From contig CAZGQS010000009.1 of assembly GCA_964527775.1 (NCBI GenBank), positions 3,416 to 67,415 of the forward strand: DNA of 64,000 bases, given 5' to 3'. Origin of the DNA: an uncultured Rhizobium sp. (GTDB taxonomy: Bacteria; Bacteroidota; Bacteroidia; NS11-12g; UBA955). The notes beneath the pieces are model-generated. The model had not been told where the DNA came from and made no database searches. It saw nothing but the letters and a program-made list of their open reading frames with translations. Made by a program: the position numbers and the translations under genes. Shown here piece by piece: positions 7,825-16,980 of the stretch (positions within the stretch are counted from its first letter, which is position 1; each line of letters begins with the position of its first letter).

Positions 7825-10800
7825 CTATATTCTTGTCAATCGTTGCGATTCGATTTTGTTAATATCTTGTAATGTTATGTTATTTTCAGTTACTAAATTT
7901 TCAAGAAATGCGCGGTTTAGTAATGTTATATCATTAGACTTTGCCAAAATTGTTGCTGATGAACTGTAATCATTATTGGTTATTATCATCAGTTTAAATT
8001 GTTCTTTAAATCTGTCCTCATAATAATTTTTTCCTGTGTAAATTTCTTGTATTGCTTCAATTCCAACTAAGGATTTTGTTTGTTTAGCTTGAATAAGATA
8101 ATTTTCTCCCTTTTTTAAAAGCACAATATCAACACCCTTGTCATTAGAATACGGTGTTAGATATACTTCAAAACCTTGTGTTTTGTATAATGCTCCGATT
8201 GTTGCTTCAAACAAATTGGGGTTTAACCGATCAATTTCAGTGAGGGTTTGAAATTTGGGTTTACTTTCGGTTTTTGTTCCAAAAATAGTTCCAAATATTT
8301 CATCAGGTGTAATTTCAGCTTGTTCTGTTGGAAATAAAGTATTACTTGCCAAAGATTTTTTGTTATTCAATAAAGCATCAAGAACTTCATCAAAAGATTT
8401 CATTCTATTACCTTCTTGGTCTTTCATTTCTTCTGGAAATATTGCCATAGGATAATAGACAAAAACATCTTTTTGTTGACCTATACGATAAGCCCTGTCA
8501 GTCGCTTGTTCTTCTTTCGCAGGATTCCAATGCCGTGTGTAATGAACAATATGATTGGCTTTGGTTACATTCAAGCCAACACCTGCTGAAATGGGCGACA
8601 TAATGATCACATTGAAGCCTTCATCCTCCTGAAAACGGTCAATGGTTTGTTGTCGGCTTAGTTTAGATTTCCCTTGAAGCTGTTTTGTAGTTGGTGTATC
8701 TCCATTTATAATACTTGTGAAAACTCCAAAGGTATCGTAAACAACTTTCTGCAACATCTTTTGAGTTTCTCGCCTGTCAGCAAAAATAATTACTTTTTCA
8801 TTTTTGGATTTTATATCCGCTAAAATACCCACGGTAGTTTGAAGTTTAGAGGAACTATTTATAAGTTCATCACTAGAAAACTTCAAAATTTGACTTTCTA
8901 ATAAATACGGATGGTCCGAAATGTCTCTAACTGCCCAAAGTGATTTCAATTTTTGATTTCTTTTTTCCACACCTTCCAATTCTGAATCATTCGCCATTTC
9001 AATTTCCTGCTTGTATCTATCTATTTGAACGGTCGGCATCACTCTTTTAATTCTTGAATTTTGATCATCGTGCTTTTTAGGCAAATCTTTTGCGACATCA
9101 CTTTTTAATCTTCTTTTTATAAATATTCCAATGTTGTTGCGAAGTTGTTCCGTTAATGTTCTTATGTCTGTATTTTCATCACTCAAAGGTTTTTGGTATT
9201 CTTTCGCAAAATCTTTGGCATTGCCTAAAAGTCCTGGAACTGCAAAGTCCATTAAACACCAAATATCAACCAAGGTGTTTTCTACTGGTGTTCCTGTAAT
9301 TGCAATTTTAAAATCGGCTTTCAATGCTTTACTTGCATTGGTTATAAGCGTTCCTGGTGTTTTTATTTTTTGTGCTTCGTCCAATGCTATTATTGCAAAA
9401 TCAACCAATCCTAAACTGATTTGATAAGACCTTAGTGTTTCATAATTAGTTAAAATAATTTGTTTGAATTGTAGCCGTTTTGCATCTTGTTGGTTATGAA
9501 TTGGGTTATTTTCTTTTGTTAAAGATACACCACTATACAGTTTACACAATGGTAAATTCTTTGGACTAAAAAATTTCTCATATTCGTTTTCCCAATTTTC
9601 AAGCAAGCTAACGGGGGCCACAATTAAGTATGGTTTGCCTTCATTATAACTTTGGCTGTGCCATTCTATGAAATACAAAAGTTGCAAGGTTTTACCTAAA
9701 CCCATATCATCAGCAAGCAATCCACCAGCAAAATTTTCTTTAAACAAAGATTGCAGCCAAGAAACACCTTCTTTTTGATGTTCTTTTAAGGTGATGTTAT
9801 TTTTTAAATTTGGTATTTCATAGAAGCTATGTTTCAAATTTTCGGGCAACTCATTTCCATTTGAAAACTCGGTAAGTTCTGCATTTTCTTTAATTATCAG
9901 AACTTCGTGATCTGTTTGCTTCTCATGTTTTATTGGTTTTCTTGGATTTTCAAATTGCTTTTTCGCAATCTTGATAAATTTTACAGCATCTTCAATTGGA
10001 ATTTCAGCGTTTTCCCATACAACGGTTTGCTTTTTTTCATTTATAGCTTTTTCCTTCTGCTCAATGAAGTCATTTAGTTTTTCAGGAGTTTTGAAATAAA
10101 TTTTCTTTTCTCCGTGAACCTTATCTTTTATTACAATGCCTGGAATCCATTGTGATTTATATGGACTTGCAAAAGGGTAGAACTTTGGACTATAAACGCC
10201 AATTTCTTTTACTCTGTCGCTGTAAAAAACAGTAAAATCAATTACATCATCATCAAAAAACAATTCTGGGTGCTCAATGATTTTCTGAATTGCTCCTTGG
10301 TCTGAAATTTTTCTATGAGTTTTAATTTTTCGAAGTTCAACTTTCTGATTTTCTGTAATAACTACTCTTGTTGTTTCGCCATTGTTTGAAGAAACAGGAT
10401 AAACATCACGTATCATTGGCAACTTATCGAAAGTATTGGTAAAACCTATTGCGTTATCAATTTCAACTGATGGTATAATTTCAAAAATGCCATTATTGAA
10501 ATCAACATCCAATTTAATTTTTTCAGGAACATATAATTCCTGATTGTTTAAAAATTGCTCCAAGGTCAACCCACTTTCTTTTGAAAGTGATTTTAATTCT
10601 GATAATTTTTTAAGATTAATAAAATTCCCTTTTTCGCTATCGGATAATTCGTTGAATTCGTCAATCGCTTGACAGAGCAAATACTGGTTTTCGGAAAGTA
10701 GATACACGTTTTCTTCTACTTGTAAAATTGCTCCATTTCGAATTGTCTTTAATCTTGTTCCGTTCGGAGCAAAGTCATAAAATCCATATTTGAACTTAAA

Positions 10801-11094
10801 AGAATTATGTGTTAAAATTCCGCTTGATTCTACAAAAATCTCATAAGGATAACCTTCAGGCAAATCCAATATTTGCTTGTCTATATCATTTAACCTTAAA
10901 ATATCAATACTATCAACTTCACAAGTGTGTTCCGTGTAATCCGCTAATCCGTTATCATACAATTCTTTAAGAATTGCAAGTTGAGATAGATTTTCTGATT
11001 GTAGTTTTTTCCATTCAGAAACAGAAATATTGCTCTCAGTTTCATTTAGGAAAAAGAAAGAAAATTTGTTGTTAGCTTGAATATATTTAAACAT
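7825..11094 (-). CDS. ZorD-like SNF2-family helicase/ATPase (1089 aa) with an N-terminal domain of about 420 aa of unknown function and a C-terminal Mrr-like PD-(D/E)xK restriction-endonuclease domain
   Basis: SNF2 motifs: LKEHQKEGVSWL...LLADDMGLGKTLQ (motif I), IIALDEAQKIKTPGT (DEAQ motif II) and HYTRHWNPAKEEQATDRAYRIGQQKDVFVY (motifs V/VI). The C-terminus FEATIGALYKTQGFEVYLTPYSNDKGVDIVLLKKGENYLIQAKQTK fits the Mrr_cat pattern (S/T.DxGIDhh...hhIQCKR). This is the last gene of a tightly overlapped four-gene operon. Confidence 0.8.
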   Translation of the reverse strand: MFKYIQANNKFSFFFLNETESNISVSEWKKLQSENLSQLAILKELYDNGLADYTEHTCEVDSIDILRLNDIDKQILDLPEGYPYEIFVESSGILTHNSFKFKYGFYDFAPNGTRLKTIRNGAILQVEENVYLLSENQYLLCQAIDEFNELSDSEKGNFINLKKLSELKSLSKESGLTLEQFLNNQELYVPEKIKLDVDFNNGIFEIIPSVEIDNAIGFTNTFDKLPMIRDVYPVSSNNGETTRVVITENQKVELRKIKTHRKISDQGAIQKIIEHPELFFDDDVIDFTVFYSDRVKEIGVYSPKFYPFASPYKSQWIPGIVIKDKVHGEKKIYFKTPEKLNDFIEQKEKAINEKKQTVVWENAEIPIEDAVKFIKIAKKQFENPRKPIKHEKQTDHEVLIIKENAELTEFSNGNELPENLKHSFYEIPNLKNNITLKEHQKEGVSWLQSLFKENFAGGLLADDMGLGKTLQLLYFIEWHSQSYNEGKPYLIVAPVSLLENWENEYEKFFSPKNLPLCKLYSGVSLTKENNPIHNQQDAKRLQFKQIILTNYETLRSYQISLGLVDFAIIALDEAQKIKTPGTLITNASKALKADFKIAITGTPVENTLVDIWCLMDFAVPGLLGNAKDFAKEYQKPLSDENTDIRTLTEQLRNNIGIFIKRRLKSDVAKDLPKKHDDQNSRIKRVMPTVQIDRYKQEIEMANDSELEGVEKRNQKLKSLWAVRDISDHPYLLESQILKFSSDELINSSSKLQTTVGILADIKSKNEKVIIFADRRETQKMLQKVVYDTFGVFTSIINGDTPTTKQLQGKSKLSRQQTIDRFQEDEGFNVIIMSPISAGVGLNVTKANHIVHYTRHWNPAKEEQATDRAYRIGQQKDVFVYYPMAIFPEEMKDQEGNRMKSFDEVLDALLNNKKSLASNTLFPTEQAEITPDEIFGTIFGTKTESKPKFQTLTEIDRLNPNLFEATIGALYKTQGFEVYLTPYSNDKGVDIVLLKKGENYLIQAKQTKSLVGIEAIQEIYTGKNYYEDRFKEQFKLMIITNNDYSSSATILAKSNDITLLNRAFLENLVTENNITLQDINKIESQRLTRI

Positions 11095-12514
11095 TTATTC
11101 CTGCTATATTTTTAAACCAATACTCAAAAACTTGTTCCCATCTTAAATCTCCATCATTATGAGTTAAACGACCTTCTATGTTAGTGTCATTTATACTGTA
11201 TCCAGAACGATAAACAAGCATTGGCATTGAGCCATTTCTTAATTCATCTACACTTTCTAAACGATAATTTAAATTTGGTTTATTATTACCATTCATTTTG
11301 TAAGCATAAAAAGCATAACCAGCATCACTAAATTCAATGAGCATATAGTCTCCTATGTAAAGTATAAATGCCGACACTTCTCTGTTGCTTGAAACAACTT
11401 GAAATCGCCCGTCTAAATATTCTACAATTCTTCTGTCTCTCTTGAGAATATATTTAGTTTGAGTCGGTCCGTAAACTTTAAAAGAAACTCTATTCTTTGA
11501 AGCCACTCTAAGCCAAAAACGTTTTCTTCTTTCATCATTGATACAAACTCTAAAAAAAATATCAATGAAATGTTTAGCAATCCATTCGTCTAGAATATTT
11601 CTTGCTTCAATGATTTCACTTCGTTCAATATCAGTTGCATTTTCAAAAGCACTCCAATTTGAAACATTGCTTGGGTCACCTATTTGAGTAAAAGCAATTC
11701 TTTTTATACTGTCTTGAAGTTCGGAAAATTCAGGCTTATTCGCTTGTATAATTATTTTACTGATTAATCTTTTATTTGTAATTGAACTATTATGTTTAAG
11801 TAAGGCTTGATTCAAATTTTCAATTTCAGTTGATATATTATTTTTGTTCCTTTCGTAATAATTTACAATAACTTTAGAGAAATAGGCATAATCAAACCAC
11901 GATTCAGGAACACCTAATATTTTTGTAGCTTCTTGAATTGGCTTATTAAGTTTTGCTATGGTGTCGCCTAATTCCGAATCTCCATCTTTTAAGTTGAAAA
12001 ATATTTTGTTTTTTTTGAATAAGGCTAATGTATTTCGATTGCCTGAATAATTAACTAATTTTTGACTGATGAAATGCTCTAATTGCTCTAATGATTTCGG
12101 ATATCTTGTTTCCCAATTCCTCAAAAAGCAATCTATCAAACCAACCAAAAATGAATCCCGCCAGTTTGATTCTAACAATGTCAAAGCATATTTCAACTCG
12201 TTTTCATTGATAAAAATGGAAGTTAAACTCTGTTCTGAATGATTCAAGGAATAGGTAAGCGTTCTTAATTCTCTTCGTTCGAAACTCACATCTGTTATTA
12301 TAATAGATTTTTTAAATTTTCTAAACACTTGAGGTATCAGATTATTCCCTGAAAATGTAAACGAATTTGCTCCAACTTCTTCTGATATTTTTTGAAGTTT
12401 GTCAATTCTATGTTCATTCAAAGATGTAACGGCAATTGGAATAATCTTTTGTGCCGTCTGCTGAAATGAAGTCGGTGAAAAATGAAATTGCAAAATGTCC
12501 TGGATCGTTAACAT
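11087..12514 (-). CDS. Hypothetical 475-aa protein occupying the ZorC position of the Zorya-like operon (unverified possible EH-signature-like protein)
   Basis: It overlaps the upstream gene by 1-3 nt and the downstream SNF2 gene by 8 nt. I recognise no motif. It contains a single LEH triplet, and its size is comparable to ZorC. The assignment is positional only. Confidence 0.4.
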   Translation of the reverse strand: MLTIQDILQFHFSPTSFQQTAQKIIPIAVTSLNEHRIDKLQKISEEVGANSFTFSGNNLIPQVFRKFKKSIIITDVSFERRELRTLTYSLNHSEQSLTSIFINENELKYALTLLESNWRDSFLVGLIDCFLRNWETRYPKSLEQLEHFISQKLVNYSGNRNTLALFKKNKIFFNLKDGDSELGDTIAKLNKPIQEATKILGVPESWFDYAYFSKVIVNYYERNKNNISTEIENLNQALLKHNSSITNKRLISKIIIQANKPEFSELQDSIKRIAFTQIGDPSNVSNWSAFENATDIERSEIIEARNILDEWIAKHFIDIFFRVCINDERRKRFWLRVASKNRVSFKVYGPTQTKYILKRDRRIVEYLDGRFQVVSSNREVSAFILYIGDYMLIEFSDAGYAFYAYKMNGNNKPNLNYRLESVDELRNGSMPMLVYRSGYSINDTNIEGRLTHNDGDLRWEQVFEYWFKNIAGINV

Positions 12515-12515
12515 A

Positions 12516-14051
12516 CTAGTTTCTTCTTCCGTTCAACTTACTCAGTTGTTCAGTTAGTTCTTCTAAAATATCTTCTTGTTTTGACGATGCTCCTGCAAGT
12601 GATTCCGCTGTCTTGGTCAATGCATCTGTGTATTTAACTAAATAAGTTTCAAGACTTCCTCCCACAGTCGCTTGGTAATCTTTTAACCCAATTGTTATTT
12701 TTCCAAAAATTTCTTGTAGTCCTTTTTCTATAATTTCAAATTTCTGTGCGTAATCGGCAGAAACAATTTTTGCTGTTTCTAAAGATTTTTGAATTTCAGT
12801 AATTGTATTGGAATTGTTTTGTAAGAACTGGTTTGAGTGCTTAGAAAACTCGTTTTGCGATTCCCCGAATTTACTTGATGATGAGTTTATTTCCTGAGAA
12901 ATATTTCTAAAAGTTGAAATCACCGTTTCAAGTTCTGATTGAGCTTGATTAAGTTTTGAAATGCTACCGTTTACTTCCATGGATAGTCCATTCATTTTTT
13001 CAATACTTAAATTGAAAGCACTCAAAAGATTTTCAGAAACTTGTAAGTTTTTAGATTGTTCGGTTAATAATGTTTGTTGTCCAGTTTGTAAACCTCCGAC
13101 CTGTTCTCTCAATATTTCACTCATATGTTCAACCTGCATTTTCATTTGGTTGGTAGATTCTTCGGATTGAGAAAGTGTTTGCCTAGAAATTTGTTGCACA
13201 ACGTCTTGTAAACCCCTAAAGTTCTCATTGAGGTTATCTGTCATTTTCTGCAATTTTAAGGGGAAATCCGATAACGATCCACCTGCTTGACCAAGTAATC
13301 CAGCCAATCGTTCCATTTCATTTTTAGTATCTCCGCTCATTGAAGTTTTAAATTCTTCGACCATTTTACCCATAGATTCCTGCAGATCTTTAACAATATT
13401 TTGGGTCATATCAGTTGCTGGGTCTTTGAGTTTGTTGCCTAAACTCTCAATTTCGGCTTTCACCAATTTTAACTCAGCTACCACTCCTTCTGCTGGATTA
13501 TTTAAAATTTCCTCAAAACCTGCTGAAATCGTTAATGCTAAATCAGAAGAAAATGTTTGTAAGGATGTTGATTGCTTTTGAGATTCTTTATAAATATCAC
13601 GGAAAATATTTCCTGGTCTAATTGTGTTCCCGTTTTCATCGATAGAAGAGAAATTATTTCTTAATTCTTCAATGACTTCGATAAGTTTGTTTATGGCTTT
13701 AGTTTCATCACTTAAAACTCCTTTTTCATTTTTGTTTTTTACAAATGCTATTCGTTTTGAAAAGATAATGGAAAGCGCTATTCCAACTATAGAAGCAAAA
13801 AATGCTGTTTTTAATCCCTGCAGTAATGTTGGAATACTTTTTTCAATGTCATCAGGATTAAAGAACCATAAGCCGTAAGCAATACCACCAAAAGTCCCTA
13901 AAATACCTATTGTAGTAAACATTGAAGGAATTAATTCTAAGTCATTTAGATTTACTTCACTGTAGTTTTTCTTCGCAATATTGAGTACATAGATTCCATA
14001 AATAAGATATGAAAACATCGATATTGTGATAAAGATTTCAACTATGTTCAT
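12516..14051 (-). CDS. ZorA-like MotA/TolQ/ExbB-family proton-channel protein: a compact three-TM N-terminal domain followed by an approximately 410-aa coiled-coil cytoplasmic tail
   Basis: TM2-TM3 signature IPSMFTTIGILGTFGGIAYGL...LLQGLKTAFFASIVGIALSIIF, compared with ExbB/TolQ LLGLLGTVWGI...GIAEALLATAIGLVAAIPA. The remainder is long heptad-rich, low-complexity helix. The start overlaps the stop of the upstream MotB-like gene by 4 nt. Confidence 0.7.
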   Translation of the reverse strand: MNIVEIFITISMFSYLIYGIYVLNIAKKNYSEVNLNDLELIPSMFTTIGILGTFGGIAYGLWFFNPDDIEKSIPTLLQGLKTAFFASIVGIALSIIFSKRIAFVKNKNEKGVLSDETKAINKLIEVIEELRNNFSSIDENGNTIRPGNIFRDIYKESQKQSTSLQTFSSDLALTISAGFEEILNNPAEGVVAELKLVKAEIESLGNKLKDPATDMTQNIVKDLQESMGKMVEEFKTSMSGDTKNEMERLAGLLGQAGGSLSDFPLKLQKMTDNLNENFRGLQDVVQQISRQTLSQSEESTNQMKMQVEHMSEILREQVGGLQTGQQTLLTEQSKNLQVSENLLSAFNLSIEKMNGLSMEVNGSISKLNQAQSELETVISTFRNISQEINSSSSKFGESQNEFSKHSNQFLQNNSNTITEIQKSLETAKIVSADYAQKFEIIEKGLQEIFGKITIGLKDYQATVGGSLETYLVKYTDALTKTAESLAGASSKQEDILEELTEQLSKLNGRRN

Positions 14052-14770
14052 TTTTGTTCAATTTTTTTAAGTGCTTCGTTAATAATGTCTTCGCTAGTTG
14101 TTACAATTCTAAATTCAACTCGTCTTGATTTGTCATTGTCAATTGGCTGCTTGCTGCCAAATGCTATTTTAAATTCTTTATCTACAGTTCGTCCGTATGA
14201 AAGACCATTGGCTGTCAACCAATACTGTAATCTATCTTTTTTATTTGGTTCTAGATTAATAAAACAATCTTGTTGTCTCAGAAATCCTAAAACATTTCTT
14301 GCTCTGTTTTGAGACAATTCCATATTGTCAATGTAGGGGTCGCTCGTTTTATTAATGGGTTTAGTATTTGTGTGTCCTTCGATACGAATTTCTGCAATTT
14401 TATCAATGTATTTATCTTGTAAAACAACTCTTAAATATTTAGGCAGAAACTCTCTTAAAATACTTTGGAAAGTAGTAGTAACATCTGATTTTCCTTCATC
14501 AAACAAAACCTGTGGATTTGTAAATTTTATTGACAAATCATTGTCAAGTTTTAAATTCCATTTTGCAAAATCTTTTTTAAAAGCTTCATTTAATTCGATA
14601 TATAAAGCGACTTTTGATTCTTCATAGTCCTTAAATATTTGATTTTGTTCCTTCTGTCGCTTTTCCATCAATGCCATATAAGAAATAGACATGAAAAGAA
14701 AAATCACCATTAAAACTGTCATAAGGTCGGCCAAGGGAATCCAATGACTTTCTTTCTTCGTTCCTGACAT
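14048..14770 (-). CDS. ZorB-like MotB/OmpA-family protein (N-terminal TM plug with the conserved Asp, plus a C-terminal OmpA-like peptidoglycan-binding domain)
   Basis: HWIPLADLMTVLMVIFLFM matches the MotB IAYADFMTAMMAFFLVMW motif, including the conserved Asp. IRIEGHTNTKP...NMELSQNRARNVLGFL matches the OmpA_C signature (GHTD...N..LS..RA..V). It is the first gene of the minus-strand operon. Confidence 0.75.
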   Translation of the reverse strand: MSGTKKESHWIPLADLMTVLMVIFLFMSISYMALMEKRQKEQNQIFKDYEESKVALYIELNEAFKKDFAKWNLKLDNDLSIKFTNPQVLFDEGKSDVTTTFQSILREFLPKYLRVVLQDKYIDKIAEIRIEGHTNTKPINKTSDPYIDNMELSQNRARNVLGFLRQQDCFINLEPNKKDRLQYWLTANGLSYGRTVDKEFKIAFGSKQPIDNDKSRRVEFRIVTTSEDIINEALKKIEQK

Positions 14771-15303
14771 TTATTTCTCTGTATTATTTAAGAATGTGGA
14801 ATGTAATTTTGTGCGATGGGTTGCAATTCTTTTGGTTTTGCGAAAGCGTATAATTGCCTATTCATTTTTTTAGTCTTTTTAATTTAGCATTGTCTATGTT
14901 TTAGTGACAGCTAATTCAGTTATACTCTCAATGATAATTCGCTTTGGGATTCAATAGGGCCTTTTTGCGCAATTTCATTTAACATATAATCCCTCCAAAA
15001 TTAATCAAAATCAAGAAAATAACCATATCGGTTGATAATAACCTGCAATGGTAAATAATAGTCAACTAGCATCCAACAATCATCTCAAATATTGTCTACT
15101 CAAAAGGAAAAATAAATTAAAACTCCATCGGCATTCACGCTGCAATGACCGTCTCAGAAATGATTAACAGTTTCGATAAAGCTGATTCCATTAGACCAAG
15201 ATGGCGATCACTTTTGGATCATTAGCAAATGTGATGGTCTATGCAGCTGACTCTGCCGGAGTTGAATATGTGATCAACGGTTTCGACAAATTATCCGGTT
15301 AGA

Positions 15304-16083
15304 TTAGTTAAAAAATTGCCCTCGTTCAGTTGGTTTAGATAAATTCATCCAATAAATGACCACAGGCTCCAACTCTTCTGATTTTCCATTGGAATTTACA
15401 TCTTTACGAGCAAAAATGTATAAATAGTCATTAATGTGATCATATTCAGATTTAATCACATTTAGATTTTTGGGAATTAGTTCAGATATTTTATCGCCTG
15501 ACATATCAAATAGATATAACCTTCTCAAGTCCTTATCATTGATAAAACTATCCTTATTTGTATCTTCGTCATACGCTGAAACCATGATGTAATCTCGTAA
15601 TATACGTTTACCTTTTAATGTATCTATTGTTTCGGTTGGATAATAAATAGTGTTTATTAACAATGGTTTATTAAACAATGCTTTTTGTTTTTTTTGATTT
15701 AGATCATGGATGTATACATTTACCATTTTACGCCCATAAACTGCTCTAAAACCCGGAATTAAGTTATTATTCCAGTTATCGTTTGTTATACCTGGGGCGG
15801 GATAAGAGTAATGAAAATCAGGTGAACCAGAATAGAATCCATCAGTGTAATTGTTTTTCAGCATCTGAAAAATAGGCGTAATTCGAATGTTTGGATATCT
15901 AGTGATTAAAATGTTTTGGGGACGTGAGGCTACATTACTTGCATTTGATGGAATCTCATTGCAATCAACACTCGAACCCTCTGTTGCTCTTGTAAGAGTT
16001 TGTCTCCTACTCTTCTTTTGATTATCAGAACAGCTCAATATTAAACATATACTTAAAAGGCGAAAAACGATTGTGATCTTCAT
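15304..16083 (-). CDS. Hypothetical lipoprotein (signal peptide plus lipobox Cys)
   Basis: The N-terminus MKITIVFRLLSICLILSCSDNQ has an LSC lipobox; no other motifs. Confidence 0.45.
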   Translation of the reverse strand: MKITIVFRLLSICLILSCSDNQKKSRRQTLTRATEGSSVDCNEIPSNASNVASRPQNILITRYPNIRITPIFQMLKNNYTDGFYSGSPDFHYSYPAPGITNDNWNNNLIPGFRAVYGRKMVNVYIHDLNQKKQKALFNKPLLINTIYYPTETIDTLKGKRILRDYIMVSAYDEDTNKDSFINDKDLRRLYLFDMSGDKISELIPKNLNVIKSEYDHINDYLYIFARKDVNSNGKSEELEPVVIYWMNLSKPTERGQFFN

Positions 16084-16239
16084 TTTATTAGGATTAGTTT
16101 TTTTATTATTCGGATTGCAGCGCTTAGTTATTGATTGGGCTAAAATAGTATTTTACCTATGTATTAAAAAGGGAATTCAGATGAATCTGTTATTAACCCC
16201 AAGGCCAACAACACAACAAATATTATATTCGTATTCATA

Positions 16240-16704
16240 ATGACCATTCAAAACAAGTATATTTTTTTTATTTATAATTCAGATAAAAACGATCTCACAA
16301 CTGAAAAAATAATGAGATGGCGGGATCTGTTCATTAATGAAAACATATACATTGACAGTTGCGGTATTGATTTAGCTCGTGATGAATATTCAGACTATTC
16401 AGACGCTATTAATATAATTTTAAAGTCAACAATTGAAAAATCTGATGTAGTATTTTTACTAATCACAGAAAACACACACCTAGATTCACAAACAATGGAG
16501 CATTTAAAAATAGCCATTGAATGCCGCAAGAAAATTATTGGATTTGTTTCTGAAGCCATCAAAAATCTAAATGATTACTGGCTAAAATTCAGACTGAATT
16601 CTATATTACCTTTGCAAGACGATGTAATTTTAAATCAGATTAAGAATATCAGAAATTCAACTTTTCCAATCCAAAAAGACCGTGATATTCTTGATATCTC
16701 TTAG
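16240..16704 (+). CDS. Hypothetical 154-aa protein with a possible TIR-like / flavodoxin-like fold (STIR/TIR_2-like pattern)
   Basis: KYIFFIYNSDKND resembles the beta-A strand of TIR (xVFISYxxxD). GIDLARDEYSDYSDAINIILKSTIEKSDVVFLLITENTHLDSQTMEHLKIAIE follows the TIR_2 spacing D..G...I...I..S...VVL.S..S..S....E...A. The resemblance is weak and rests on recall only. Confidence 0.3.
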   Translation: MTIQNKYIFFIYNSDKNDLTTEKIMRWRDLFINENIYIDSCGIDLARDEYSDYSDAINIILKSTIEKSDVVFLLITENTHLDSQTMEHLKIAIECRKKIIGFVSEAIKNLNDYWLKFRLNSILPLQDDVILNQIKNIRNSTFPIQKDRDILDIS

Positions 16705-16980
16705 ATAAAGATCATAATAACTCTTGAATAAGTCCGCATTTTTTAATTTATCACCGTACATTAAAAAATTGTAAACATATATATCCTCATTCAGATTGTT
16801 GTTAAATCTAAATTTATCCAAATCGAAGGTTTTTGATATGAAATTGCGTAGATACAGCGGTGAAAGGACTTTCAATTGCATGGCATATTTTATCACCTCT
16901 TCAAATTCTTCTTTATTTAAATTATGTTTACAACTAAACAGAATTACCATGGATTTATAATCTTTGGGATACTTTTTCAT
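16657..16980 (-). CDS. Hypothetical protein (107 aa)
   Basis: ORF overlapping the 3' end of the previous gene by 48 nt; no motifs. Confidence 0.25.
   Translation of the reverse strand: MKKYPKDYKSMVILFSCKHNLNKEEFEEVIKYAMQLKVLSPLYLRNFISKTFDLDKFRFNNNLNEDIYVYNFLMYGDKLKNADLFKSYYDLYLRDIKNITVFLDWKS

Noticed and set aside
15100-15300. Two similar about 30-bp segments (…aacagtttcgataaagctgattcc… / …aacggtttcgacaaattatccgg…) in the 530-bp spacer upstream of the Zorya-like operon
   Set aside because: This looks like a decayed internal duplication or gene remnant. There is no intact ORF or RNA structure I can support. It may contain the operon promoter, but I cannot place a -33/-7 pair confidently.
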